Shown here: piece by piece, positions 48,287 through 62,752 of the stretch
Layout: each line of letters starts with the position of its first letter
Numbering within the stretch: position 1 is the first letter of the stretch
NCBI GenBank assembly: GCA_950097015.1
Contig: CATNEN010000001.1
Span: 7,378,001 to 7,442,000 of the forward strand
Length of the DNA stretch: 64,000 nucleotides
Direction of reading: 5' to 3'
Source of the DNA: Macrostomum hystrix
Taxonomy: Eukaryota; Animalia; Platyhelminthes
Made by a program: the position numbers and the translations under genes
The notes under the pieces: model-generated
The model's input: only the letters and a program-made list of their open reading frames with translations
The model's database searches: none
Told to the model about the DNA's origin: nothing

Positions 48287-51200
48287 TCAGTGATGACTAT
48301 TCAAGTTGTATGTGTTGTGCAACCACATGCGATTGTCTCTTCGACGCCAGCGAAGTCGCTCAGCTGCAATTGCAGCTACTACTGCATCGACTGGTTCTTC
48401 TGGTATGGACGGTGGCGGCGGTGGCGACATCATCAACAGCGACCGGGGACTGTGTGAGCGCCCTCCGCCGCCAGCACCGGGTTGTCGATTGTCCGGCGAG
48501 GTCAGCAGGAAGTTGTCCGAGTGTCGGGATGGTCGTATGTCTCGAGTTAAGTCGTCTTCTCCTACCAGGTCGTCGAACGAATAGTTGCGAAGCACCGGAT
48601 CGGTGTCGCTCATTCTGGACATTGAATAACCGGCTGCTGCGGCCGCTTCTCCGCCAGTTAGCCGATTCCGACTTGAGTACTGAGGCAGCTTCTGATGCGG
48701 TTGATGCCTGTAACGATCGGATGTAATGTCACGAATGTCTCCAACAACTTTCTGAATGTCGATCACTTCCACAGGATAGGCGACGCCTCTTGTACTCGGA
48801 GGGTCGTCCAGCTGTAGCAGCAACAGTTTGCGCTGCCTCTGTCCGATAACATCTTCGCGGGGCCTCCCAGGAGCGTGACTGGCCAGATTTTGTTCGGATC
48901 GACTGCGAAGCATCTCTCCGGCGACTGCCGGCGGCAGGAGCTGTCGATGAGTCTGACGATGCGGAGTTTGAAACCGTCGACCTCGTCGAGCCACCGGTGC
49001 CATTTGGGCTCGATTACCGCTGTAGAACAGCGCCTCCTTCAGGTCTCTGAGCTCTCCTACTAAGTTTGACAAGGAGCGACCCATGTGAGAGCCGCTTCCC
49101 AAGGACTCATCGGTCGTTGCGGTCATTGGCGGTGGCGTGATGACCATATTCTCTAGGTATCGTCGGACTGTCTCCTCCTTTGGTAGCGACTCCAGTGAGG
49201 TGACGGCTTTTCGAGAGAACGCGTCCTCTTCCTTCCGAGCCTCTTGACGCTGATCTTCTTCGTCAAACATGTCAAAACCTCGGGCTGGTGGTCGGGCCAT
49301 CAATCGATGGTTGATGACAATAGGCTCAGGTATGACCTCTACAATTTCTGTGCCGCTGCTCGATGCCATCGAGCGTCCGGTACGCCGTCGAAAGCGGCCC
49401 CCCCGCTGCAGCTCGAGATCGTCCGCACGCTCAGGTGGAAACTGGAAACTAGGAGCGACTTTGCGAGCAACTGCGGGCGAAGCTTCGAACTCTGCTTCGT
49501 CGCTTGAACCAGCCAGACTCTGGCTTGGCTCCAGCGAAGCAAACGCCGGGTCACCGTCTGGTTCGGCTTGATTTTCGCGACCATCGAGCAGCTCGCGATA
49601 TTGACCAACTGTTATGCCTCCTTCGAGCGTTGCAGGAGTGGACGCCAGTAGCTTGCGCAGGAGGCTAGCTCTGTGCGGTGGATTATTGTGACGTTAAATT
49701 ATTGTTATCAAGAGTTTGCTAAGTTCTGCTTTGAATCATCAACAGGAACCACACTAGGAATTTCCCACACTTAAACCACACTACGTCTTTCGCAACATCG
49801 CAACAAAATCGCAACATCGTGACTTATACTCTGGTTTCAAAGAGAAACTTGCATTCTTACCTGTGGACTAGTAGTTGGGCCTCTTTTTTAATCTCCACAT
49901 CATCGATTAGTGACATCGATTCTTTGAGCTCATCCAATTGAGCCTGACTTGGACTGGGGTGCTGCAGAGAAAATGACCTAGAAATCTCCGGCCACCTGGC
50001 AACAATGGGCAGAGGCTCGTTAGACTGCAGCCGATGATTGCCTCGATGTGAGACTGGCTGAAGAAGATCCAGTGGTAGCTTTTTCAAGCAGCGCTGGTAC
50101 CATTTCAAAGTCTGAAATTTGATGGGCAAGTGCTGTTTACTTTCAGCTGCCGTTGTGACTTGTGACTGCGATTAGTTTGAATCTTGCCTTTGGCTTCTAA
50201 ATAGGAAGGAGTGCCCGATTCGACTCTTTAAGTGAATGTCTAACAGACTTTTACAAGGAGCGTCTCTTTGAGATTAATAAAAGGATTATCATCGAGATAC
50301 CAATTAGGTGTTGATGCGGTGTTTAGGGATTGGAGTGTCCTCAAGAGATTCTGAAACAAGTGGCCAAGTACATTTCCAACGACAGGGGACATACCGTCTC
50401 TAACTTACCTTTGAGCAAGCATGAAAGAAATCGCAGATTCTATCCAACTTCTCCCTAGCCGATTTGACTCGCTCACTGAAGCCTCTTTGTTTGGCCTCCA
50501 GCTGGTCGGCGAGTTGAGCGGCTTCATTTGGCTCTCTGCCCATTGAGCGTTGAGGCGCAGCCGCTGCGAGCTGACGAAGCTGCGTCACCAGTGTGCGACA
50601 TTCGCGGAGCTTAGCCGTGGATGGCTCTAGCACCTGCATACGATATTTAGCAAGTTTTAATTGACACTGGGAGGTTGTTGAAGGGAAAGAAAAGTAAGAA
50701 GGGAGCATGTGGCCCTTGAAGCTTTTTGCATCGGGAGTTAGATTTGTTGTTTAAGCCACTAAATTCCTAAGAAATTTTGAAAACAAAACAATAAATTTTG
50801 GGTGGATGTGGCGACCTACGCAGTCCAGGGACTGAACTGCTGTGACGCGGGATTTTGGAATATGTATCTGCGGCTGTACCACAAAATGTACATATGGCCC
50901 AATTGAGTCGTTTCTTCTATCTACGCTCGCAACTATCATATTGGAAAATCACAATGGCACTTAAGCCTCTAATGTTAAGAAATGGAAGCTCTAAACAAGT
51001 ATCTTTTAACAAATTCACTGAGGTATGGGATCTATGTCGTTACTTATCGCTAGGCGAAAACGGGATTGCAAAAATTTTATGGCAGGCTTCTGAAATTCTC
51101 ACTTGCAGCCGCAGCTTCTCTCTCGCATCTTCAGCCATCTGCTGATTAGCAATGTTCCGAGCATCGGCCCTCTTTAGCGCCTCCTTTCCCCACCGCTCCA

Positions 51201-54200
51201 GCCAGTCGCCCAGCTCGGCGGCCGCTCGCTTATGACCGCTGATGCGTCCGTCAACCAGTAGCCCAGCCTCGGACTGCTTCCATCTGTCTCGCAGCAGGGC
51301 TTTCAGCTCCTCCAAACGAGTCTGCAGTCGTTGCAGGCGCTCAATGTAGGACTGAAGCAGGATGTTGCCAGCCAATGGGCGCGTTTCTGGATAGTTCTTC
51401 GGATCGAGACAGGCAGTCAGCAGTTGTGCCACCTTCTCAGAGGCAGCCTCCAAGCCTAGAGCGGCGGTAACTCGTTGAAATTGATCCTGCATGCTCTGGG
51501 CTGACTCTTGTACCGCGGTCTCGTCTTGGTCGTCGCCAGCTTGTTGCGGCAGATCTGCCAAACTCTGCAGCGCGTCTGGCGCCTTGTCCGCAATGCTTGC
51601 CACCTCCAACAGGAGAGAGTCGAATGACTGCGGAAGGATTATCGATACGGTTTGAGTGGGGTGTTAATTTCGCATCAATTTGTGCCCACAGGGCCAACCC
51701 ACAAGACATGTTCACAATTCATCTTCGGGTTGTGGATCGGAGACCATTGCTCAGTAGTGCAATGCTGGCTACAGCAGTTTTTCATAGTTAATAATAATAT
51801 TAATTACAGAAGGGCTGCAGGCAATAGCACATCATTTGGTGACACTAGACCTGCAGCCAGCGAGGAGGCTCATTTCGCTTTTTCATTGTCAGGCAGTGTC
51901 ACTTTTTTTAACTCTTAATATTTAAAGATTCAAATGGTACTTTTATTTCCCCTTACCTCTAATTTGTCTATGACCCTTGTTATCGTTAGGTACAGTCGCC
52001 CGGTTAAGACTCAAATGTAACCCCACGACAAAACTAAATAAACAAGCTCAAGCTTTTGCCGACTCTTGAATTCAACTAGCAACATTTGTAGCAAGTCAGC
52101 TACAGTGCCTTGGAGGTTGGCCCTCATGGGCGTAAATTGCACGACAAGCCACCAGGCCATCTCTCCCCGATTGAATGTGGCTTTTCCGCGAAATCGAGCT
52201 CAGGGACCTTGTTACGAGAGGCAAACGCGTTAACCGATCTGCCATTCCCCTTATTATTTTCGAAAATTTGCGCAATTTTAAGATTTTTTGAAAATACACT
52301 GACGTAGGCATTACACGAAGCACTATTACATACATCCATTTATTCCACCGATAGCCAGAGCACAATCTAGAATTCGTACTTCTCAAAAGCCACTTTTTTA
52401 AAGTGAATGACACCCACCCTATAGCCACAGCTAGTGTCTTAAAACTGTAGACTAGCACGCACCACCTTGAAACATTTCATGCAATGTTTGCTCATTGTTG
52501 AATGGGTGAATGGGTCAGAGAATTGCCCGGAGAGCGCATTGTTAAATTGAACTCCGTTTTTTGACTTCTATTCTCAATGATTTTTTCTACAAACAGAAAA
52601 GCGCCACTAAAATGTAGCTAATAGGGGTAGATTTAGGCGTGTACAAATAGTAATCTTGCGCAAACGAAGAAAACAAATTAACAAAAAATCCCTTCGCTCG
52701 GGAAGAGAGTAAAACGCACAAGGAAATATGGAACAGTAACCTGGACAGCTGCAGTTCTCACTACTTCTCGGAGTAACTGGCTACTCAACTGTGAAAATGG
52801 CTAGAGAGCATAGCCCATTGTTGAGGAATGCCAACTAGCTAGAACAAGTCGGCACTTGTTCCGGCTCCGGAGAAACTTTGCAGTACAATGTGTGACGCAT
52901 TCGCTTTACTCAAAATTGGCCATTCTTTAACTAAAACTATTGCTGGACTTAATCTTTTTTATTCGTTTGTACTGCCTGAAATTAATGGTGCCCAAGTGCA
53001 ACAGCTTGAAATGCTGCATAGTAAAAATTAGTAGGAGATCAAATATATGAAATATCTAGAGGGCATTTTCATCCATGGATTTAATTGACGCTTTTAATCA
53101 AACTTAGACTTTATTTTCCATTTGGCATCAGTTATTGATATTGGCGACCAAAAAGCACAAATTTCCTTCCCCTCATAACTTTCAGCTTGTATCATCTCTC
53201 CTTTCATCTCTTCTACTCGACTTCCCTATCCTCTCTTCTCCCCTCATCTCCCCTCACCTCCCCTCACCTCCCCTCATCTCCCCTCACCTCCCCTCATCTC
53301 CCCTCATCTCCCCTCACCTCCCCTCATCTCCCCTCATCTCTCCTCATCTCCCCTCGTCTCCCCTCATCTCTCCTCATCTCCCCTTATCTCCCCTCATCTC
53401 CCCTCATCTCCCATCATCTCCCATCATCTCCCCTCATCTCCCCTCATCTCCCTCATCTCCCCTCATCTCCCCTCATCTCCCCTCACCTCCCCTCACCTCC
53501 CCTCATCTCCCCTCATCTCCCTCATCTCCCCTTATCTCCCCTCATCTCCCCTCATCTCCCCTCATCTCCCCTCATCTCCCCTCATCTCCCCTCATCTCCC
53601 CTCATCTCCCCTCATCTCCCCTCATCTCCCCTCATCTCCCCTCATCTCCCCTCATCTCCTCTCATCTCCCCTCATCTCCCCTTATTTTCCAGTGTTCTCT
53701 TACAGTTCTGAGTTTCATCCAGGCCTCGTGGTCGTAGTTCAATGAGCCGCCAAAGTCGAGCATGAGATTGGCCTTGCTCACAAACTGAAAGAGCTCTTGC
53801 GAAGTTGGCAGCAAGACACTCTGAAAAAAGAAGATCACCCAATATGTTAAAGTTATCCTTACCGCCACACAAATCAGTTAAAGTTTGCAAACCTGAAAAG
53901 ACTTGGCGTTGGGATCTGGGCCGGACTTTCTGCTCGGCAGGAACGACTTCTTTTGGTAGAGACCCAACATCTTCTGCAGGCTCTTAGATAGCTCCTTGCT
54001 GCGCGGCATCAGAACGTAGAACACTCCCACACTGCCTGGTGAGTGCGACTGCGTATTAAAATATGATGTGCGATTCAATGGTTAGAACAATAGGAATATG
54101 CTGCCCTACCTGTTAGACAGAATAAGAATCTGTTGGAGTCTATCCTAACTGTTAGGCAGCATCCTACCAGTCAGACGTGATCATATCTGTTAGACAGGAT

Positions 54201-56819
54201 CCTAGCTGTTAGACAGGATAATAACTGTTAGGATCATAATGCTAGACAGAATCCCAACTGTTAGACAGGATCCTAAATGTTAGACAGGATCCTAACTGTT
54301 AGACAGGATCCTAACTGTTAGACAGGATAATAACTGTTAGACATAATCATATCTGTTAGACAGGATCCTAACTGTTAAATAGGATCCTAAATGTTAGACA
54401 GGATCCTAACTGTTAGACAGGATCATAACTGTTAGACAGGATCCTAACTGTTAGACAGGATCCTAACTGTTAGACAGGATCTTAACTGTTAGACAGGATC
54501 CTAACTGTTAGACAGGATAATAACTGTTAGACAGGATCATAATGCTAGACAGGATCCTAACTGTTAGACAAGATCATGACTGTTAGACAGGATCCTAACT
54601 GTTAGACAGGATCCTAACTGTTAAATAGGATCCTAACCGTTAGACAGGATCCTAACTGTTAGACAGGATCCTAACTGTTAGACAGAATCATAACTGTTAG
54701 ACAGGATCCAAACTGTTAGACAGGATCCTAACTGTTACTCGTAAATAGGATCCTAACTGTTAGACAGGATAATAACTGTTAGACAGGATCATAATGCTAG
54801 ACAGGATCCTAACTGTTAGACAAGATCATGACTGTTAGACAGGATCATAGCCTCGTCTAACTGTTAGACAGGATCCTAACTGTTAGACAGGATCATGACT
54901 GTTAGATAGGATCCTAACTGTTAGACAGGATCCTAACTGTTAGACAGGATCATGACTGTTAGACAGCATCCTAACTGTTAGACAGGATCATGACTGTTAG
55001 ACAGGATCTTAACTGTTAGACAGGATCATAGTTGTTAGACAGTGTACACAACTGACATGCTGTGTACACACTGTTTTAGATAAGCTTGAGCACACGACAG
55101 ACATTTCTGCAACTCACTTTCAGTTTCTTTCTGTTTTCAGAAAGAATTGTTAACACCACTGCACTATGTAAATATATATGAATGCTTCTCTTTGTTCAAC
55201 TGGCTTCTGTAGAATACTGCCTAGTGTAAAATTCCAATTGCATTTTCTCAATTTTATACTTTTGCTGACGCTTCAGGCTTTTTCACGGAGAGGATATTTT
55301 CAATTTTATTTTCTTCTATGAATGTAACGCGCAATTTGTTAGTTAAATTTGTCTACTAATATTTTTGTCTACTTATCTGAACAAAAGGTCGGGAGTTAGA
55401 ATTTTAAAACCAGGGAAGTGTCCTCGAGCGAGTCACTTAATTCCCTAGAGCTAAGACGAAGTGCCTGTGTCGTCTTGCACAGTCCATGGACTGCACAGTC
55501 GTACACAGTAAAATATCTATCAATCTCTTTCAGAAAGTTTAAAATTCTCAATTAACTAGGAGGGCTGCAGGCAATGGCACATCATTTGGTGACACTAGAC
55601 CCACAGCCAGCGAGGAGGCAATTCTGCCCATTTCGCTGACTCCTGAGCACACACGCACACAGATACTGTACGCAGGCATACGCTCACACAGGGGTGTGTA
55701 CATCTGCCCTGACTTTCTCATCGTCAGGCAGTGTACACTCTCACTGTGCCTTGGAGGTTGGCCGTAAATTGCACGATAAGCCCCCAAGCCTTCTCTCCGC
55801 TGATGCGCCCCAAATGAATGTGGCCTCGCCGCGAATTCGAGCTCAGGGACCTCGGGGTGTCAGGGGCAAACTCGTTAACTGCTCTGCCACTGACCCATTA
55901 AATGAGGTTAGTTATGATTTCCTGAATAGCTCATAGTGATGAAATAGGAATTACACAACGTAACGATTTCTATAAAAAAGCTGACTGTGACTAATCTAAC
56001 TTCACTTCCCAATAGCAACTGTATTATATGAATGTCGAGTACGATATGAGCTACGCAAAAGAATAACACACAGAAATATTAACCAGCTAGTTTTAACCAA
56101 TCAAACAGAAAGACTGTCGAAGGACTAAGGATCTTGCACGTCTGTCTGTAGCTCCTGCTGCAGCATTATGATTTGGCATGAAAATTATCGTTCAGTAAGC
56201 TATTACAGGACATTCATTCTGTTGAATGTGGCCTCGTCGTGGAATCGAACTGAGGGACCATGGTGTGAGAGGCAAACACGTTAACCGCTCTGCCACCGAG
56301 CCCCCAAACCTTAGAGGTCTACAGGGGCGTAGATTTCCCTGTGATGATGTACCAGGGCCCGCAGCCCTCCTACAATCATTATAAATATGAATATGTGCAA
56401 TAATTATGAATGTAGCCGGCTTACGAAGCACCCACCTGTACAGTTTCCAAAGCGTCGATGACAATGCGGAAGATGGACTGAGAGCATGCTCGGAAATCAG
56501 CTAGAAAAGCTAGTCCTCTGGTCTGCCTGTTCGCGCCAACCGCATAGGCCTCTGCGGGCGCCACTGACACCAGGTAGTCGATCATAGCAGTGAGCTGCGG
56601 TGCTGCCACATTGTTCAAGTGCATCCGAATGATTTGCCTAGGCGGAAAGCATAGCACTGGCCTGTTACCTGTGTCCATGCCGCCAGTCAGATGGACAAAG
56701 CCAAGGGCTAGCATCTTCAACTGCTGCTGCAGCTGCTGCTGCTGATGCTGAGCATCTGCCTGGTTGGATACTGAGTGCCGCCCATCTGATCGACTTGGCT
56801 GACTCGGCCTATCAGTCAT
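48287..56819 (-). CDS. Sec14/CRAL-TRIO-like plus spectrin-repeat protein (SESTD1/Trio-N-terminus-like), 7 coding exons, ~1013 aa
   Basis: Exons 56819-56436 (LTGGMDTGNRPVLCFP..MIDYL..LAFLADFR), 54048-53893, 53820-53704 (LMLDFGGSLNYDHEAWMKLR), 51627-51103, 50633-50409, 50111-49861 and 49670-48287. All GT-AG and in frame (3042 nt). Confidence 0.82.
51790..52224 (-). mobile_element. Degenerate SINE copy split by ~195 bp of unrelated sequence
   Basis: 3' part at 51790-51902 and 5' part at 52100-52224 are colinear with the SINE consensus. Confidence 0.75.
53238..53682 (+). repeat. 10-bp pyrimidine-rich repeat (CCCCTCATCT)n
   Basis: About 44 copies. Confidence 0.95.
54108..55040 (+). repeat. 19-bp minisatellite (CTGTTAGACAGGATCCTAA)n
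   Basis: About 48 copies. Confidence 0.95.
55551..55896 (-). mobile_element. Near full-length tRNA-derived SINE
   Basis: Minus strand: GGGTCAGTGGCAGAGCAGTTAA (A box) .. GAGCTCGAATTC (B-box-like), central hairpin, 3' stem and AT-rich tail. Confidence 0.88.
56220..56302 (-). mobile_element. SINE tRNA-head fragment
   Basis: Minus strand: GCTCGGTGGCAGAGCGGTTAACGTG..CAGTTCGATTCCACGACGAGGCCACATTCA. Confidence 0.75.
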
Positions 56820-57861
56820 TAATAATTATCCGATGATAATCTCACTCAATATTGCTGCACATTGCCTGCAATAAGTCTACTAATATCAAATCTAGCTCGT
56901 AGAAAATGGGCGCTTTTACGCTTGTCCACCCCGACTATGACTTAAAATGGTGTTTTCTTTAGTTTTTGTTTGTTAGAGTATTTACACTCGGCCACTGACG
57001 CTTCGGCTGCTGCACTGGACTCGCTCTAAAGTGTTTGTTATTTATAACATTATCATACTGCAGCCTGCCAACGATTGATCGCTCCGCGTTTAGGCAATGA
57101 CCAAAAGGGAGTGAGAGAGAGGAGGTGAGAGCGAACCAGGGTTGGCCCTGCAATCGATTTGGTGTCAAACCCTTCGCCCCTGACTAGCTAACTCACACTA
57201 ACACACTCACACTCACAATGTGTGCTCAGCTCGTTTCGGGTAGGGAATACTAAAACGAGCCACACCCAAGTCTATTTTCCTTCCACATTTCCTTTTCTGC
57301 TGTGCAAGCAACTCCTGCAACATCGACCTCCGAAATGCCGTCACTGGCAACAATGCATTCCGCATTCGCTAGTCTCGACCCTAGTTCTGCATGGCAACGA
57401 TCAATAAGACAGGCTTGACTCAATCCTAGAGAAAAGGAATCCCATTTCATTGGCCATTTCCGATTGGTCCCTGACAGAAGGAAAGAGAGAAGACGATATA
57501 AATTTGTTAGCCTCAAATCTAGTCGATTTTATTCCCTTTTTTCTGTTCAGAAATCGGGCATATATTAGTTTCTAGGCCAGAAATCTATTTTTAGGCTTTG
57601 GGACGTCGAGATCTAATTCTTTGCTTTCACATTCTATGCGATTGGGCAAATGACTATTATCCCGAGTCTCATTGGTTGGGGTTCTTCAAGGTTGGAAAAA
57701 TTTGGACTTTTACGTCACAACCATGGAATTTTAGCCCAAACTAATTATTTTGTTTTAGCAGCGAGAATTCTCTACAAAAGTGCATTTCTAAGTTTTATAA
57801 CCGCTGTCGGATCTTCTGTGAAATTAAACAACAGTGTCGGAAAAAACTTCCTACCTATCTA

Positions 57862-58745
57862 ACTCTCGCTGTCTGACTCTCTGTCTGACTCTGACTGTCT
57901 GACTCTCTCTGTCTGACTCTCTGTCTGACTCTCTGTCTGACTCTGTCTGTCTGACTCTCTCTGTCTGACTCTCTCTGTCTGACTCTGTCTGTCTGACTCT
58001 GTCTGTCTGACTCTCTCTGTCTGACTCTCTCTATCTGACTCTCTCTGTCTGACTCTCTGTCTGACTCTGACTGTCTGACTCTCTCTGTCTGACTCTGTCT
58101 GTCTGACTCTCTCTGTCTGACTGTCTCTGTCTGACTCTCTCTGTCTGACTCTCTCTGTCTGACTCTCTCTGTCTGACTCTCTCTGTCTGACTCTCTGTCT
58201 GACTCTCACTGTCTGACTCTCCGTCTGACTCTCTGTCTGACTCTCTCTGTCTGACTCTCTTTGTCTGACTCTCTCTGTCTGACTCTCTGTCTGACTCTGT
58301 CTGTCTGACTCTCTCTGTCTGACTCTCTGTCTGACTCTGTCTGTCTGACTCTCTCTGTCTGACTCTCTGTCTGACTCTCACTGTCTGACTCTCTGTCTGA
58401 CTCTCTGTCTGACTCTCTGTCTGACTCTCTCTGTCTGACTCTCTCTGTCTGACTCTCTGTCTGACTCTCACTGTCTGACTCTCTGTCTGACTCTCTGTCT
58501 GACTCTCTGTCTGACTCTCTCTGTCTGACTCTCTCTGTCTGACTCTCTGTCTGACTCTCTGTCTGACTCTGTCTGTCTGACTCTCTCTGTCTGACTCTCT
58601 CTGTCTGACTCTGTCTGTCTGACTCTCTCTGTCTGACTCTCTCTGTCTGACTCTCTCTGTCTGACTCTGTTTGTCTGACTCTCTTTGTCTCTCTCTCTCT
58701 GTCTGACTCTCTCTATCTGACTCTCTGTCTGACTCTCCCTGTCTT
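57862..58745 (+). repeat. (TCTGACTCTC[TC]TG)n micro/minisatellite
   Basis: 12-14 bp units over ~880 bp. Confidence 0.96.
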
Positions 58746-59324
58746 TTTACTTTATAAAGTCTTACAAATAAGAAATGCGCTAACTGAGAAAATACTTTTC
58801 AGAAAAATGCAAAAAAATCTACAACTGAATTGTCGCAATAAGCAAAACCACTTCTGTCAATTTTAAGCTCTCCTTGTAGTCTTTTCTGTCACTCAGAGGT
58901 GCACTTTATCAACTTTCTCATTGCCTATTTTTCTGGCTTACCAGGGCTGAAATACTTTTTTATATTGATTTGTCTGAGTCCAGTTCGCAATTTTCTCGAC
59001 TTAGGGATAAAAACCTCAGTGTCATATCTTATTGCTGTAAAATCTAGGTTTACCTAGAAAAATGCCTCCTGATTACCATATTCCGGATGTGGCCAAGTGA
59101 ATGTTCCCAATAATTTAAAAGTACTCAATGCAGTGTGATTTGCGCAAACGACCTTCAATGTGCCATTCCAAGCGAGGTGAAAACAGGAATATTCAATAAA
59201 AATGTCATTATTTCATACTACTTATTAATTGTAAGTAGGTTGTAAATAAAAAGTTTTTTAAAAATCAAATAATTCGCAAGACTTTCCAAACTAGAATGTA
59301 ACAAGAAAAAATACTTTAGATAAA

Positions 59325-60846
59325 AGAGAGTCAGCTGTAAGAGAATGCGAAAGATTGAAAATCAGTTGTGATAATGTCAGGAGGAATGAGAGTCAGGTAT
59401 AACAATGTCAGGAGGAATGAGAGTCAGCTGTGAGAAATTCAGGAGGAATGAGAGTCAGCTGTGAGAATGTCAGGAGGAATGAGAGTCAGCTGTGAGAATG
59501 TCAGGAGGAATGAGAGTCAGCTGTGAGAATGTCAGGAGGAATGAGAGTCAGCTGTGAGAATATCAGGAGGAATGAGAGTCAGCTGTGAGAATGTCAGGAG
59601 GAATGAGAGTCAGCTGTGAGAATGTCAGGAGGAATGAGAGTCAGCTGTGAGAATGTCAGGAGGAATGAGAGTCAGCTATAACAATGTCAGGAGGAATGAG
59701 AGTCAGCTATAACAATGTCAGGAGGAATGAGAGTCAGTTGTGAGAATGTCAGGAGGAATGAGAGTCAGCTGTGAGAATGTCAGGAGGAATGAGAGTCAGT
59801 TGTGAGAATGTCAGGAGGAATGAGAGTCAGCTGTGAGAATGTCAGGAGGAATGAGAGTCAGCTGTGAGAAATTCAGGAGGAATGAGAGTCAGCTGTGAGA
59901 ATGTCAGGAGGAATGAGAGTCAGCTGTGAGAATGTCAGGAGGAATGAGAGTCAGCTGTGAGAATGTCAGGAGGAATGAGAGTCAGCTGTGAGAATGTCAG
60001 GAGGAATGAGAGTCAGCTGTGAGAATGTCAGGAGGACTGAGAGTCAGCTATAACAATGTCAGGAGGAATGAGAGTCAGCTATAACAATGTCAGGAGGAAT
60101 GAGAGTCAGTTGTGAGAATGTCAGGAGGAATGAGAGTCAGCTGTGAGAATGTCAGGAGGAATGAGAGTCAGCTGTGACAATGTCAGGAGGAATGAGAGTC
60201 AGCTGTGAGAATGTCAGGAGGAATGAGAGTCAGCTATGACAATGTCAGGAGGAATGAGAGTCAGCTATGACAATGTCAGGAGGAATGAGAGTCAGTTGTG
60301 AGAATGTCAGGAGGAATGAGAGTCAGCTGTGAGAATGTCAGGAGGAATGAGAGTGAGCTGTGAGAATGTCAGGAGGAATGAGAGTCAGCTGTGAGAATGT
60401 CAGGAGGAATGAGAGTCAGCTGTGAGAATGTCAGCAGGAATGAGAGTCAGCTGTGAGAATGTCAGAAGGAATGAGAGTCAGCTGTGAGAAATTCAGAAGG
60501 AATGAGAGTCAGCTGTGAGAAATTCAGAAGGAATGAGAGTCAGCTGTGAGAAATTCAGAAGGAATGAGAGTCAGCTGTGAGAAATTCAGAAGGAATGAGA
60601 GTCAGCTGTGAGAAATTCAGAAGGAATGAGAGTCAGCTGTGAGAAATTCAGAAGGAATGAGAGTCAGCTGTGAGAATGTCAGGAGGAATGAGAGTGAGCT
60701 GTGAGAATGTCAGGAGTAATGAGAGTCAGCTGTGAGAATGTCAGGAGGAATGAGAGTCAGCTGTGAGAATGTCAGGAGGAATGAGAGTCAGCTGTGAGAA
60801 ATTCAGGAGGAATGAGAGTCAGCTGTGAGAATATCAGGAGAGTCAA
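59325..60846 (+). repeat. 31-bp minisatellite (GAGAGTCAGCTGTGAGAATGTCAGGAGGAAT)n
   Basis: About 48 copies. Confidence 0.97.
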
Positions 60847-61378
60847 ATCTGTGAAAATTTCAGCAGGATTAAGAGAGTGATCAGAGAGATCTAAAGACGA
60901 TAACTATGTTTACAGAAGATTACACGCTTTGCATTTCAGCCTAAAAGTGCACGATATGTAGCCCTTTTAGTAAGAATTTCAGGGCGAACAGGTGTTTAAT
61001 TACAACATTGCAAATGATACAGGCCAGAGGCAGTGCTAACATCGCCCTGTATTATTTCTGGGACATTGGGTCGGGTCTCGTCGAATGGTCTGGTATACAA
61101 GCTGTGAATTTGGACTGACCATGACACTTAACATTGAAATAAACAAGCATAAAATGGTATGTTAATTGGACTGTGCTAGAATGAGATTTAACGTAGGCTT
61201 TTCTTATCTCTAAGCATATGCGCTCTAACTGGCTGCCAGACTATTTGCTTGGCTACTGAAAAAATACTTTCTGCGGTTTTGTTTGTTTCGCATGCTAGAC
61301 TATTGGCGGTGGTCAGTGTTTAATTGAACTGGTTTTTACATGTTGGTACTTGCCTCATTATTTTAGTGCTGAGATTGG

Positions 61379-62752
61379 CGAGAGGAGAGAGGACAGAGGA
61401 CAGAGTAGAAACGACAGAGAAGAGAGGACAGAAAAGAGAGGACAGAGGAGAGAGGACAGAGAAGAGAGGACAGAAAAGAGAGGACAGAGAAGACAGGACA
61501 GAGGAGAGAGGACAGAGAAGAGAGGACAGAGGAGAGAGGACAGAGAAGAGAGGACAGAAAAGAGAGGACAGAGAAGAGAGGACAGAAAAGAGAGGACAGA
61601 GGAGAGAGGACAGAAAAGAGAGGACAGAGGAGAGAGGACAGAGAAGAGAGGACAGAAAAGAGAGGACAGAGAAGACAGGACAGAGGAGAGAGGACAGAGA
61701 AGAGAGGACAGAGGAGAGAGGACAGAGAAGAGAGGACAGATGAGAGAGGACAGAGAAGAGAGGACAGAAAAGAGAGGACAGAGGAGAGAGGACAGAAAAG
61801 AGAGGACAGAGGAGAGAGGACAGAGAAGAGAGGACAGAGGAGAGAGGACAGAGAAGAGAGGACAGAAAAGAGAGGACAGAGGAGAGAGGACAGAGAAGAG
61901 AGGACAGAGGAGAGAGGACAGAGAAGAGAGGACAGAGGAGAGAGGACAGAGAAGAGAGGACAGAGGAGAGAGGACAGAGAAGAAATGACAGAGAAGAGAC
62001 GAAAGAAAACAGAGGAAAGAGGACAGAGAAGAGAGGACAGAAAAGAGAGGACAGAGGAGAGAGGACAGAAAAGAGAGGACAGAGGAGAGAGGACAGAAAA
62101 GAGAGGACAGAGAAGAGAGGACAGAAAAGAGAGAACAGAGGAGAGAGGACAGAAAAGAGAGGACAGAGGAGAGAGGACAGAAAAGAGAGGACAGAGAAGA
62201 GAGGACAGAAAAGAGAGGACAGAGGAGAGAGGACAGAAAAGAGAGGACAGAGGAGAGAGGACAGAAAAGAGAGGACAGAGAAGAGAGGACAGAAAAGAGA
62301 GGACAGAAAAGAGAGGACAGAGGAGGGAAACGACAGAGAAGAGAGGACGGAGAAGAGAGGACAGAGAAGAGAGGACAGAGGAGAGAGGACAGAGGAGAGA
62401 GGACAGAAAAGAGAGGACAGAGGAGGGAAACGACAGAGAAGAGAGGACAGAGAAGAGAGGACAGAGAAGAGAGGACAGAGAAGAGAGGACAGAGGAGAGA
62501 GGACAGAGAAGAGAGGACAGAGAAGAAACGACAGAGAAGAGAGAACAGAAAAGAGAGGACAGAGGAGAGAGGACGGAAAAGAGATGACAGAGGAGAGAGG
62601 ACAGAGAAGAAACGACAGAGAAGAGAGGACAGAAAAGAGAGGACAGAGGAGAGAGGACAGAGAAGAAATGACAGAGAAGAGACGAAAGAAAACAGAGGAA
62701 AGAGGAGAGAGAAGAGAGGATGGAAATAAGAGGACGGAAAATAGAGGACAGT
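61379..62752 (+). repeat. 15-bp purine-rich repeat (GAGAGGACAGAGAAG variants)
   Basis: About 90 units; explains the long spurious ORFs on both strands. Confidence 0.96.
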
